Part shown: positions 13,401-26,365 of the stretch, piece by piece
Layout: every line of letters begins with the position of its first letter
Position numbering within the stretch: position 1 is the stretch's first letter
DNA from: Camelus ferus
Lineage: Eukaryota
NCBI RefSeq assembly: GCF_009834535.1
Contig: NC_045696.1
Coordinates: forward strand, 54,438,001 to 54,502,000
DNA: 64,000 nt
Direction: 5' to 3'
Position numbers and translations under genes: made by a program
The notes under the pieces: model-generated
The model's database searches: none
What the model was told of the DNA's origin: nothing
The model's input: only the letters and a program-made list of their open reading frames with translations

Positions 13401-15496
13401 TTATTCTTTTCAAAGTTTTCTTTCATTATACCCCTACCAAAACCCTGAATTTTTCTCAAAATATTTTTTCATTGCCTATACATGTCTTCTGTTTTCCTGT
13501 CTTTGTGCCATTTATCTCATGATACATCCTACCATTCTTTTTGTGTGCCTATAACCTTTTAACTTTGAGGCATTATGCCTAATATAAACTTTAAGTCTTG
13601 TTTTCATTATCTCCCATTTGCTCTTCTAAAACTATAACTGTCACACATGTTCAATCTGTATCTGAATTAACGTGTAACGTATAAAAGGAAATGCATATTG
13701 TTAAATAAGAATAATGTGTCCCAAAGGGTCCTATCACAATCTAAATTCAGATCCTCTGAATCTCACCTTGTAGTTTGCTCTTACCTTTAGAAAACAGAGA
13801 CATTTCATCATGACCTGAAGGTCAACCCCACTCAGGTTCATGGATAACAGTCCTATGTAAACAAACTCAGATGTCTCATCTTATCTTCTTACCCATCCAT
13901 CAAGCTGAGAATCCTTAAGCTGTCACAGATGCTCCCTGTGGCCACCTCCCATGTCTAGTGTTGCTAACCTTGGCAGAGATACCTCACTTCATTTCACCTG
14001 GTGAGAGAGATGCTAGTGGTAGAGTGTAACCTCGAAGCAGTAGGAAGACTGTGTTGGACTTCAACCTGCTTCCTTTGAGACACAGCTACAGGGCCCTTCA
14101 CTGAGCACGGCACCTGCTGTTGGGCGGGTGCCCAGTGCCAGGGAGTGTTTGTCAGTACAGAAGCAGAGCTCTGCCAGCAATCAGTGACGTTCCGTGTTTC
14201 CATCCATAAGTTAAGTTGCAAATACAGCAGAAACAGGAACAAATATAGGAGTAACCCTGCATGAGGTTGGGAGTGGCAGTAGGATGAGAAGGAGAAAGAC
14301 AAAGGACACGGCAGCCTGTGGGAAGGGGAGCCCTAGACACAATGTAGGAATCCTAAACCACGGGTTTGAGTTCAGTTTCGTCTGAATCAGTGTTCATCTG
14401 CTCAAAAGATTGCTTTAGATGATCTTCAACTTTTTATATTTCCACAATTCTACGAAGGAAAGTATCAGAGAAAAGAGAGAAGGAGAGAGAGAAAGTTCCA
14501 GGTCCCGACTAGAACCAGGTAGACTTGCCCATGTTCCTGCCATCTTCTCCTATGTCTGACACATGCTATATTAATAAACTAATCAGGAACAGTTGTACAA
14601 GATTGCCACTCCTTCTTCTTCTTTCTTTGCCCCTCCCTTCCTTTCTTCTTTCTTTTTTCTTCTATTCCGTTTTGTTTCCATACCAGCCTCAGCTGCCATC
14701 AAAAGCTCACCAGGGCTCTTTGGAGATATGTCCTGAGAGGTACTTCGCCTTCTCCCCAAAGCAGAACAGAGGTTGTGCTGGAGGGCAGCCAGGAATTTGC
14801 CACTGGCCAGAGTGAGGCCCCACAAGAGATGAGAACAGTGAATCAGGCTCACTCCTCACCCTGCATCGAGCTCTTTTCACATCCCTCACTGCCCCCGTGT
14901 TATATTCTGCCACCACCAGGGTCTGAACCTGGCCAGTGGTAAACTGTGACCCAAAATTATGACGAAAACAATGCATCAGTCAGCCAGAACTGCACTGCTT
15001 GCCTAGGGCCTCCCAATCACGCCCCCTGTATCAGAAATATTCAACTGACCTCACAAAACCCCTGTGTCTCAAAAACATCTTCTGACCTCTTTCTCCAGAT
15101 CAGAGATGCTTACGCTCTAAACATGACAGTTAAAAGAAAGGAAAATTCTAACCTTAGTTCATTAGCAAAACATTGCCTTTTCTCTCCTTTTCTGCTCATG
15201 TTTTACCCAGCATCCATTATTTACTTATTGAAAGCATGCGCTTTGTGACAGGCCTTTCAGGATACTGCTAGACTAAAGTAGACTTGATAAAAGTTTTCTA
15301 TTTTAAGGAGCCTTGTGAATGATGTTGTGTATAACTTAGGGTTAATATTCACGGAATGAGGATATCACCAGAACTAACGAAGGTTGTCATCATTATGACC
15401 CAGTTTGTGTCACGAATCCTTGCATACCTCCCTCACCCAGGACATGGTTTTCTGTGATTCCAGATGGGAGGAAAAGGAGTACATATGGATGGACAC

Positions 15497-15498
<2 letters not shown>

Positions 15499-15534
<36 letters not shown>
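15499..15534. repeat. (AC)18 microsatellite
   Basis: Perfect dinucleotide run. Confidence 0.98.
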
Positions 15535-15536
<2 letters not shown>

Positions 15537-15984
15537 CCTCCAGGTCCCCACCCACCTATCCGCCTTCAGGTAGGGACCTTGAGACTGTGATGACTGTGAT
15601 GAAGAGACTCCTAGAAAAGAAGTGGGAAGAGGCTGTAGGAAAAGGAGATTTGGGCCATCTTGGCAATGGATCCAGTCACTTAGGTCAAAGGTAAGTCCAG
15701 CTTTCTTCCTCCAATATGCCTTCCCTATGCCTTTTCCAAGCTTTCCTTGCCTTACTCCACAATAGGGAGTAGAAAATTGCATGGTTAAAAAGAATTCACT
15801 CATGTATCAAATATTGTGTGTGGTGACATTGGACCCCCACAGATTAATTATTTGTCTCATTAACTTACACTTTCTGTAAGGTCAAGCTAGGGAGATTCCA
15901 GGATGGCTATGATTGGTGTTGAAGAATGGGAAACAAACTTATATAAGAGCAGTAGATAATGAAGATGGTAAGATGATGATGATG

Positions 15985-16355
15985 ATAAAGCAGAAGCTAA
16001 AATTCCTCAAACATTTACCACATGCCCAACACTGTGCTAAAATCTTTGCATATAGACCTCTAAGAACCTTATGATACAGATGTACACACTCACACACAAA
16101 GCTGATATTCAAAACCATGTTCATTTGCATCCCGTGAGCCCATTTTTTATATTTCCCTTGTTTCTGATGGCACCAGCTGTACAATGTAATTTAATTAAGA
16201 GGTACAGTTATAGAATTGGACTAACCAAAGTTCAAATTCTAGCTCTTGTACTTACTGTTTATACAAACTTGGAAAATTCTGTAACCTCTCTAGTACTCCA
16301 TTTTCATCTTACAAAATAAAATATTAACATTTATTTTACATGGTTATTGTGAAAT
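15985..16355. mobile_element. Two MIR fragments in opposite orientation (about 15985-16075 minus, 16190-16355 plus)
   Basis: catttaccacatgcccaacactgtgctaaa (antisense tail); ttcaaattctagctctt...tccattttcatctt...ggttattgtga (sense). Confidence 0.6.
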
Positions 16356-16454
16356 TTGTATTCATCACCCCATAGATCTTGACACACTATATCAGGTTAA
16401 GGTGCCCCAAAATTTTGGTTTCTGCATAGCACCAAGATCTTGAATTCTCACACA

Positions 16455-17480
16455 GATGTACAATCAAAGGAACCAGGGTTCCTAGAAGAAACGACTCATT
16501 CTAGGACTGGGACAGGAAGTACTCAAGATTAGCCTAGACAATCTTGCAGTGCCTGAAAGAAAGGAAAAATTCACAAACAAAACAAATCAAAATTCCACAA
16601 TGATGGGATATGGTCAAAGGGTCACCAGTGACAACTGAATGACCTCCCAACAGACAAAGCTACATAATTAAGCAACAAAATAAGATTAGATCATAATCCA
16701 AACTATAAAATAAACATCTCGGAGTCCATACACTTATAAATGACTGAATTATTAATAAGCTATGGAGAATACAGATTTCATGTTCAGAAAAAGTGCAAAT
16801 AATTTATGCAGCTGCTTTACCTTCAAGCAGATGGAATATGACTTCCCACCCCATAAGTGAGGGTTCTGTATAGTGATTTTCTTCCAAAGAGGACAGCACA
16901 AAAAGGGAAAACAATAGTAGCTTTACAGGGGAGAAACCAGCCAAACACTTCCTGAGCCAGGTGACCAAGGTCAAAATCAAAATGGTAAGTCATAGCGACA
17001 GTACATATCCTTGACAGGATGTGTTGAAAGCCATACTTTACCTCTGTGGTTTTCTTCCCCAAATCCATAACCCCAATCTTTGAGGAAAACACCAAACAAA
17101 TTTCAGTTGAAGGATATTCTACAAAACACCTGACCAATACTCCTTAAGAACTGTCAAGGTCGTCAGAAATAGGAAAAGTCTGAGAAATTGTCACAGTCTA
17201 GAGGACACAATCTAAGGAGACAGGACTAAATGTAATGTCGTGTGGAGATGGGATCCCCAGAACAGAAAAAGGACATCAGGTAACAGCCAAGGAAATCTGA
17301 ATAAAGTAGGAATTTTAGTTAATACTAATGGATCAGCATGGACTCATTAATTGTGACCAATGTACCACATTAATGTCAGCAACAGAAGAAAACAGGGATG
17401 TGGTATTTGGGGAAGCTGCTGTACTATCTTTGCAGTTTTTATGTAAATCTAAAGCCAGTCTAAAATAAAACCTTTAGAGT
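16455..17480 (+). mobile_element. Old LINE-1 3'UTR (L1MC3/L1MC4-like)
   Basis: aggaaccagggttcctagaagaaacgactcattctaggactggg start and ctgtactatctttgcagtttttatgtaaatctaaa...ctaaaataaaa end match L1MC-type 3' ends as recalled. Confidence 0.8.
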
Positions 17481-19199
17481 GAAAAATATTTTTAAATGTT
17501 GGATGCCTTCTCTTCTTTTATAAGAATTGCTGGGTAATGTTAATGGAAGGGAGGCACCAGAGGTGCTAGATTTAGGCAGTGAGGGCAGCTGTGAAATTAA
17601 AGGGGGCTTCACTGTGTATTTCTCATTCCAGAGTCCCGAACCAGTTTTGGGCAAGGGAATCTCAGTTAAAAGAAGGATCTCTTTGGCCATGAGCCTGGGA
17701 GTCCTAAGGTGACAAAGTGGGGTTAGGAAGGATTTCTGAAGAGCTGAAACGAGGAAATGTGTTTTTCTAAAGGCCCTGTGTTCTGGACATGGGTTGCTGT
17801 AATGGATCACAGAGATATTATTTTATTTCTCTCCAACAGAAATGATGGAACCCCACCAGACACTCAGTAAGGTGCCCAGACTATCTGTGGGCAACTTTCA
17901 CTCACAAATATATAAAGGGACTGCCTGAGGTGGGCAAGGTTAAAAGGGAAAGAACAGTGGAGCTGGTGAGTGGGGGACAGAAGGGAAGGGAGTCCATTGA
18001 GGATGAGGGAGAAGATGATTCTCCACTTCAGCAACAACAACAGCAAATACCCCAGCTCAGGGACAGCTCTGTGCTTGGGTCCCCATTATAGCCTAGGGCT
18101 TTCTCAATGTCCTCATTCCCCAGGTCCCTGTATCAGCAAAAGACAGATGGTCTACGACTGCCAGGCAATCAGAAAAACTGCCAAGTCAAGGAAACCCGTG
18201 GAGTGAAATGATGTGGTAATTCCAGTTAGCTGAAGGGTGAGGCTCAGCTCGCAGAGTTGGGGAGGCGCGTGCTAAACACACAATAGCTCTTTTCGCCTGA
18301 AAGGTATGTTTACAAGCCTGAAACAAGCACCTTTCAACCCCGGGCTCCTCCCAGTCCCATTTCTGGAGACATGAGTAGGGAAAGCCCATGTATTGTATCT
18401 CAGGCAGGCGAGCTGACTGTAAAAAAGGCAGGACTGATTCATGTCTGTTGTGTGGAACACAAGCTCTATTGGCATCTGTCTTTCATTGCAAAAGCTGAGC
18501 ACTCAGATGTTAAAGCCGCATCTCACAGAAGTTATGCACAGAAGTTATGTCCTAGGGATGATTTTTTTTTAAAAGACTAAGTGGTAGGTAGGATAGACTT
18601 CACAACTATTAAAACCATCTTCTGCATCAACTTACCACTGATAATTTCCTCTCCACCTTCAATGTCACATGACTACACTATAGAGACGGCCTAGCACCTA
18701 ATAAGAAGGATTAGGTCCTAGGTCAAGAGAGCTAACTTGGGAGAGGTGGTAATAAAAGGAAGAGGGGAGAGTGGCAACAACTATATCACAAGAGGCCAGG
18801 AATTCACAGCCCCAAGAGCATATTATGGCAGATTTAGACTATGGAGTTGGAAGTTGCAGAGCTTATAAATAAATGCCTCATCTGGCAAGTAAGTGGTACC
18901 CACCCAGGTGTGTGATGCTCTGGCCACAAGCTCAAGGCTTCCAAAACTTAGGGGGCTTCCTACATTTCCACTTGCTGAATTTCTTTGGCTTCATAGAGGC
19001 CTTGTCTGATTCCAGGATAGAAGTCTCTTCATGCAAAGCCATAGGACAATGGAGCAACAGGAGAGTGGGGACCAACAAAAGAAGAACCTAGGTAGTCATG
19101 TCGGATTCCAGCCTCTCCTTCTGCCCTGTGAGCCCGACAGCCCCCAAGTCATCTCTCATCCCTTATCCCCCAGTGACTGAAGAGGCATCTGAGGATGGC

Positions 19200-19580
19200 A
19201 TCCTTACTTTCTGTCTCTCTTGCCTCCATTCCATCCATGTGGCTATGACAACAGTCTCCCAGGACTCCAGTTGTCTCCTGTCTAGCCCATTTGCTCAGAA
19301 ACCTACCACGGCTTTGCTCCCACATCAAGTCTCCTCTACTTCCTCAGGCAGTCTTTCAATAGCTCTCCTAACCTGGCCTGCAACTCCTCGCTCCCCTGCT
19401 AGGCCCTCCCTTCTCATCTCACGGGTCAATTCATTGTCCCTAAGCCACCATGGCAGCCATGTTCCCACTTCAGTGTGGGGGGATTCCTGCTGCTAGGAAC
19501 ACCCTTCTCCTCCTCCGCCCCTCCAAGTCCTGTGCACTTCTTCAGACTCAGTTCAATGTCACCTTCTTACAGACTCATGG
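19200..19580 (+). mobile_element. LINE-2 remnant
   Basis: caatagctctccctaacctggcc...ctaggaacacccttctcc...cttcagactcagttcaatgtcaccttct are L2-like motifs. Confidence 0.5.
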
Positions 19581-22500
19581 TCTGAAGCCTATTTTGTGTA
19601 TGATGTCCACCAAGCAACATTTAGATCATTCTGTTATTTTCAATCATTTCATGAAGGATCTTGCTTATTTACTTGTATCTCATCTCATTCAAAAGAGAAT
19701 TCCAGATCATTCTATGTCTTAGTCTTTCTTTAGCACTTAAAAATGTTAAGTTGCTAGAAGGACAAAAACTACGTCTGTGTTTTATCATTACCTTCAAAAT
19801 CCTGGGCCCAAAGTCAGGGCTCATAAAGGGAATGGACAAATGAGAGCAAGTGGAATCCTCAGTAGTAAAGTGAGGACGTTCTGAAATCAATCCACATGGT
19901 CACATACCAGCTCTGCCACTTTGCAGGCACCCACCTGGGCACATCACTCTCAGGGTTCAGTGAAATGTCACATAGAGCACTGCAAGCAGGGCAGGAACCA
20001 AGCCAGTGCTCAGTCTGCGTTTGCTGTTTTTGTGGTTCTGTAATTATCTTTATCACTCTCATGTCCACTAACAAATCTGGTCAGGACACACATGCATCTG
20101 AGACTGTTCTTCCATCACAGATTCATTCCTAACCCTTCCTCACACTACAGCTTTCTGGTAAGTGATGTTTCACTATCATTGCCCCACTGCCCTGCTTTTT
20201 TCCACTCTATTTTTGGAAAATGGTTTCTCCTAGAAGGTAACTTTGCTGGATTTCCCCATTATCATCCAGGGCAAAGAAACGCTGGCACCAGAAAGGCGCT
20301 CTACAGTGGGGGCCAGGGTGATTCACCCAGGCTCCCCCAGGAAAACACAACCACCTGCTGCTTTGGCTTCCCAAGCTAGGTGATAACTAGAGACACTCAT
20401 CCTGTAGGTGACACATATATGCCACATGGTGGAAAAAGTGATCAATTCTGCCAATTAAAATACTGGTATTCCGAGTTATTAAAAAAAAAAAAAAATTTTA
20501 TACTGTCTGTAGTCATCTCAAACATACCTGTTGGGCCACCCATCACTCCTCAGGGTGGACGGATTGCAGTTATTGCTCAGAAACCTTCTGGAGGTCCATC
20601 TTGAGCCAAGACCTTAAGCGCCCTCCCACCAGCCATCCTTCCAGTATCTGTTGTCTGGCAAGGTAGTGTTTATCAGTTATCTTGTTATCAAAGTGGACAC
20701 TGGCTACTTCTCCTTACTTAGACAAGACTCAGTCGGAAACATTAAATACACATCATGCAACTCCCAACATGGCCACATGCAAGCCTTCTATTTTCATCAC
20801 CACTGTATCCCTCCAATATTTGTCATTTGCTCTTGTGCTAATTTTTCCTCTCTTCCCCTTCTCATTCCAGCTCTCATTCTGTCAGACATGTCTGGACACA
20901 TCCAGACCTGAGACCAGCCCTCTAGGAACACATAAGCCACAAGGCCATCTGGAGAGGCCGGCTCTCCCCTCTCATCTGCTCTCACTCACCCCTCCCTCGG
21001 CCTCCGCTTTACCCCCAGTGGATCGTGTGGAAGACCTGAAACAATCCTGGCAAGGTCGCACTGTTTGATTCTGCTGTCAGTTTAAATTATGTCTCAGCTT
21101 TTATATCTAAATCAAAACACAGGAGAATACAAAAAGAGAGAGACAGCAAAGAGACATGGCAACATCCTACAGCGAGTAGAGAAATGACATTTCAATTGGC
21201 CAACTGATCTGTTCCCTTGACAGCTGCTCTCCTTGCTCACCCCAAATCATTATTTAACGTATATAAACTCTGAGCCCCCTCCAAGCCTTTTTTGGATAGG
21301 ATGGGCACCTTATTCCAGAGGTAGGGGCATAAAATATTTTCTATAATGACAGAAAAAAAAGAAAGTTATTTTAAGATGATGATGTTTATTAATAAAATAC
21401 TTTATCATTTATGTTAAAATCAAGCTATTCATCCTTAGAATTTATGACTGCAGTGAACTTCAATTGCCTAAATTATTATAGAATTGTAGATTATAGTGTC
21501 TACATTTTGTTCAGTCTAGCAATAACCAAGACAAAATTTTAAAATAATATTCCACTGTTAGGCTGTGCCTAAATAAGATTTTCTTGAAGCCAAGGATAGG
21601 AGGTGGCTGATCTGGTGCCTGTGGAATTTCTCCATTGATCCTGAATTTTACATGCCCCTATTCTACAAAAAGATTAATAATTCTTTTTGTTGTGTAAGTG
21701 AGTTGACCTGGAGCTTTTAACTGAAGAGGGTCCAAAGAATGTTCTTTAAGATACCTGTTTTTCAGTCTTTTACAACTTCAAAACTTCAAAACACAGTGCA
21801 GTGGCTGTAAGAAAAGTTGGCAGAATTTGGGGAAAAACTGGTAAGTACTACACAGTCATGAGATAGCACCACACATTTAAACATGGTGTGAGCTGACATC
21901 CTACTGATGATATCACTCCCTCATTAAAAGGGTTACAGCTTTTCATTTTAATTCTGAGATTGTCCTCTATTAAAATAAATAGTCCACTAAATTTGTAACC
22001 TTTTCTGAGTCTCTTTTAGACTGAAAAATGCTTTTAAAGCCTTATACTGGGCTACATTTTTCACTGTTTATCCTCAGGTTTAGTGTATTCTGATCCAGCC
22101 TTGACACACATCACCATTTCCCAAAGGGGGTTTACATTAAAAGACATGACTGCCTTGAAATAATTTATAATTAGTTAAAAGTCAACTGTCCTAATTGCAT
22201 TTCCACTCTGCTACTCTGTGATCATGAAGTGACAAGTTTCTCAATTTCTCTGAGCCTCAGTTTTGTTTTGTGTTTTCAGTCAACTGGAGTTACCACTACT
22301 TGACACAGGTACTTTTCAGTGTTCCTGAGAGCACACCATTGCTTTTTAATTAGATGATTGTAAGACGATATCAGGATCTAATGAGGACTTTGGCTTTGTT
22401 AACACTATGTATTAATACCCTCTAAACTAATAAGCAGCTCTGGTTTTACATTCTACAAAGACCACTTTCTCTGAGGAAAAATTATTGCAAATTTTAATTA

Positions 22501-23139
22501 ATTAGTTAACTTCTGATTTATGCCCAGTGAAATGGTCAGTGGTTAGAAAGACCTGAGCAGGAATACAGAAACAGAATGGTTGGTTGTTACTCTGAAAACT
22601 CTCTTTGGGATAATAAGATTATAAGTGGTTGGTTCTTACAATGCCCCACCAGAGCAGTAACAATAGAAGAATGTTGTCAATCTTGCTTCCACTCTGTTCT
22701 AGTAGCACGAGAAATGCTGGCTTCACATCCACATATCCACTCCCTCTACCTTGGGTTCTAACAGTGAAATGATCACTTGCCAGAATATGTACCAAATCTT
22801 TCATGAGCACTGAACTGTCTTCTGTCTCCCTGAGACTGAAGAGGTTTACTGCTTATAACTATTAGGTGGTAAAGCACAGCTCCTGTCTGAATACATTAAG
22901 CACCAGAACACCAGAACACTGTTTCTTCACTCAAACTTAGTCCTGTATCTCCCTTTGGTTCTTGCCATCAAAAAGTCATTGCTTCAAATAAATTTAGAGT
23001 AAGTTGCTCATGCTGCCTAACTCAAAGCTGAAGTGTGGGAAAGGGGGAAAGGAAGTCCAAGAATTTTATACCTTATACGGCAACTTAGTTGGTGGTTTAC
23101 TTATTTACATAATGTAACTACCCCTTTGAGACACCTAAA

Positions 23140-24305
23140 AGGCCAGGTGTTTTATACAATTCAACACTCAAGATAAAAAAAAAAGTGAAATTATGGGTTG
23201 GGCCTTACTCTCTTCCCTAAATCCAGGGATAGCTGTTCTCAAAGCCAAGCTGACAGAGGCCTTGGTCTGTGTGGGGAAGCCACTGTATACTAGTATTTTT
23301 GGTTTTTGGATTTTTTTTTCCTGATAAACCTTATTAAAATTTCCTCTACTGTGGTCTTGACTCAAAGAGCAATCTTTAAGATGCGTAGTTTGGTAGCTGG
23401 CCTTCAGGACTAGTGTAAACTCTTACTAGTCCAAGATCTACTCCAATAGGTTGTAAAAATTCCAGCAGTGTTGGGTAGAGATGGATCACTTACTGGGAAG
23501 TCATTTTATAGACGATACCCATCTTCTCAATAGAGATCTGCTCAGTTTATTTAGCCCAGAGATACAGAGGAAAGTACTCTCTTTCTTTCCATCACACCAA
23601 TGAGGCCATTAACTGTCGCATCATTCTGCAAAATCACTTAGATTCTGTGGATCTTGTCTCTCACCAGGAGGCTCTTTGCAGTCTCAACACCCAGCTGCCT
23701 CCGAAGGCCAGTGGCTGTGAGATCAATGCTTCCCTCAAGCTTTTTCTTGAAGTCCACACTAGGGATTTTGATGTACAAATAGATGCTAATGACTTCCAGC
23801 TTATTCTCAACAATATTCTTGGACTGAATATTCCCAGCCCCTTTACAGTAATGAGAATCAAGTTTCAGGTTAGGGCCTGATGGCATCTGCCTTTTCCATT
23901 CTTGATATCCTCCACAATACTTAGGAAGTTCAGGGGCTGGAACTGGTACCTTGCATCTGACAGTAGTAACATGGAAGTCCAAGTGGGGAACTCACAGGCT
24001 GTCAGCTCCAGGTGTACCCCGGGTAGGTTACTGAAAAATATTCACTCCCCCACAGATGGAAAAGCCACCAACTCAAGGAGTTTTACCAGTTCTGCCATAT
24101 CGAAACCCCCTGGCAACATCACCACCTGTTGAGGTGATGAGCACTCACTGAGCATGGGCAATGTGAGTGGAAGCTCTAAAGCCTGTGTCCTCTTTCTACT
24201 GAGATCAAGTCATCTCAGCTCATATCTAGTCAATCCCAGCTAAGCAGCTTGTCATCGAAATGAGCCTTGCAGTGGCTCCATGGTCCAGTCTCCCCCTGCC
24301 CCCGC
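23140..24305 (-). pseudogene. DRG1: Processed (retro)pseudogene of DRG1, developmentally regulated GTP-binding protein 1
   Basis: Minus-strand translation from the ATG at 24255, switching frames, gives MTSCLAGID*I*AEMT*SQ*K / GGFDMA / VAFPSVGE*IFFSNLPGVHLELTACEFPT / LNFLSIVEDIKNGKGRCHQ / NLILI / KNIVENKLEVISIYLYIKIPSVDFKKKLEGSIDLTATGLRRQLGVETAKSLLVRDKIHRI*VILQNDATVNGLIGVME / EQISIEKMGIVYK / ISTQHCWNFYNLLE*I / LVRVYTSPEGQLPNYAS / TTVEE. This is colinear with DRG1 as recalled (MSSTLAKIAEIEAEMARTQK...[28 protein letters not shown]...KKIIENELEG...FKKKDKGGINLTAT...ETVKSIL...DATADDLIDVVE...ISAHHRWNFDDLLEKI...LVRIYTKPKGQLPDYTS...TTVED). No introns, many stops and frameshifts. Coding homology runs about 23325-24255; the UTR-like flanks are less certain. 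Confidence 0.93.
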
Positions 24306-24320
24306 TGCCACACATACACA

Positions 24321-24580
24321 CAGGGGCAGAGCCAGATCTGGTGGAGCCTAGAGCTGGTGCAGTCCTTTATGTATGTTAGGGGCTCTATTCAAGAATATAA
24401 AATTAGGTACAAAAGGATGCAGAAGTTTGAATCTATTGCAGCTTAGTAATTATGCTTTTGCAGCTTTGTAAAATCATGTGACCATGAAAATGCACTGCTT
24501 GGGCCCCTCCCAGGGCTCTGGCAGAGCACCAGGCAGGGGAGGGGGGTGAAGATTCAATAGATTAAAGACAACCTGTCCCT
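24321..24580. mobile_element. MER45B-like hAT-Tip100 DNA transposon fossil
   Basis: caggggcagagccagat terminus; aaaattaggtacaaaag; catgtgaccatgaaaatgcactgcttgggcccctcccagggc. Sits directly against the 5' end of the DRG1 retrocopy. Confidence 0.7.
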
Positions 24581-24739
24581 TAAATGCATCTTCTAAACTT
24601 AAATACTTTTTAGGGAAGAAAAAGAAAGACTCATCTAAGCATGAAAATGTATCATATAATGAACAAAAGGACCATATAAATCTTGTGTTAAACGAAGATT
24701 TTCAGTATTTGATTAGACAATTCAATTTTTATTATGTTC

Positions 24740-25700
24740 CTGAAACAATGTGCAAGTTGGACTCTGCTTTGAGGAAGGTTCACAGATGAGGATGAATTGC
24801 CCCTTACCTATGAGGAGTTCAGAGTCTACTGGTAGAGTCAAGCATATTTTTAAAGTAATTCAGCAGATGATCAAGTTATAAAGCTCTGTTAAATCAGTTC
24901 ATTTGACAGAAGTGATCTATGAAGACTTCTCTTAAGAGGCAGATTCTGAAATGGGCCATGAATGCTAAAAGATATTTGTAAGCATGGGTGGGCAGAATAG
25001 CTATTGGACAGAAAGTCTTGGTAAACCAAAGCTCAGAGGCAGGAGACACAGATCATGTTCAGGCAATAAACCGGTAAGACCAGAATTAGATACAAGGATG
25101 CAAAGGACAGAGGGAGGAAGAGAGGTATCTGCAAGGGGAAAAGAAGGAAAGATTATCTAGAACTGAACTTTGGAGAACTCTGACAAGCAAACACAGAAAT
25201 GTAGTTGTATTTTCCTCCTATGGAAAAGGTTGGTGGATTTTAGAGCAGAATAGAGAATCCAATCCTACTAGAGTGGCCTTGAGGAAGTTTCTCATCTCTT
25301 TTAACTTTATTTTACTCATTCAAATAGGAGTAAAAACTTATTTTGAAGGGTTACTATGAGATAGATAGTTGGCATGAAACATATGCACTTTTGGCAGCAT
25401 TTCTGAGTGAGGGTGGCAGGGACCAGTGACTTGAGGCTGTTGTGATGATCCTGATGAGGGTGGTAAGGGCCTCTCTAAGGATTAAGACCGTGGAGTCAAA
25501 ACGCAGAGAATATACGTAGGAGGAAAAGAACAGATCTGAACAGAATAGCTAGATGAGGGGAAACAGGCAGAGGGAAGAGGGAACTAAAGTTTAAAGGTCA
25601 ATAACACAGTGGTACTGTTAACTGAGACAGAAATTATTGAAGAGGAAGATGGACAGGAGGTGGCAGAGAAGGAGAATAGGTGGGATTCCTATTAGACACA
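24740..25700 (-). mobile_element. LINE-2 remnant, with a MIR fragment at about 25260-25375
   Basis: ccttacctatgaggagttcagagtctactgg; gaggctgttgtgatgatcctgatgagggtggtaagggcct; gtggtactgttaactgagacagaaa. Confidence 0.6.
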
Positions 25701-25749
25701 CATAGAATAACCATGTGTGGTTTTCCATAAGGAATTTAGAGACCCTGAA

Positions 25750-26150
25750 CTCTACATCAAGTGCAAAAAACACTGCCCACTCTCCTCAGACCTGAAGTGG
25801 TCAATCTTCTCTTGAACTCCGGTACTTCTCCTAATATGGCTCATGACATTTTCCAACTAATGGGATAGCTTCTTCACTCCCTTAAATAAGCCTGTTCAAG
25901 GAACGCCCTCCTGATGGACTCCTCCATGATTATCCCCAAGTATTCCAATCACACTCTCTGCATTATATTGAATTGCTTTGATGTTCATGTCGTCTTTGCT
26001 TAGTGCTCTCACTTCCTTTTCTGCAGGTTACTCTAAAATTTCCCATAGAATAGGCTGTAAGCTCTTTTAAGAGCAGAGAGTCAGACTCAATTTTCTAGTA
26101 TACATCCAGTGATCAATTTAGAACTCTTTGCAAAAAGTGGGTGCTTAAAA
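25750..26150 (+). mobile_element. LINE-2 3' remnant
   Basis: aataggctgtaagctcttttaagagcagagag...gtgggtgcttaaaa resembles the L2 tail. Confidence 0.5.
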
Positions 26151-26169
26151 TTAATCCAATCATCATTAT

Positions 26170-26365
26170 AATAAAAGCTGCCATTTATTGAGCATCTAGA
26201 TTGTGCTAAGCACAGTTACATATACCGAATACTATCCTATGGTAATTCTACAAAATTATTTTTTGCTCCTACTTAAATGAAGAAAATAAAGCTTAAAAAA
26301 CTTCCCCAAGACCGCTCCAGGAGGGTTGGGTTCCAACACAAATCCATGCTGCTCCAAAGCCCACC
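26170..26365 (-). mobile_element. MIR SINE
   Basis: agctgccatttattgagcatctagattgtgctaagcac is the antisense MIR tail. Confidence 0.7.

Noticed and set aside
13002..13448. 148-aa ORF
   Set aside because: Lies in an L2 remnant, non-ATG start, no recognisable domain.
13785..13852. 68-nt minus-strand exon candidate (tag|G ... AAG|gtaaga) with a small hairpin
   Set aside because: Weak pyrimidine tract, length not divisible by 3, peptide unrecognised.
23638..23982. 114-aa ORF as a functional small protein
   Set aside because: Only its C-terminal half is in the DRG1 frame. It has a non-ATG start and is a fragment of a stop- and frameshift-riddled pseudogene.
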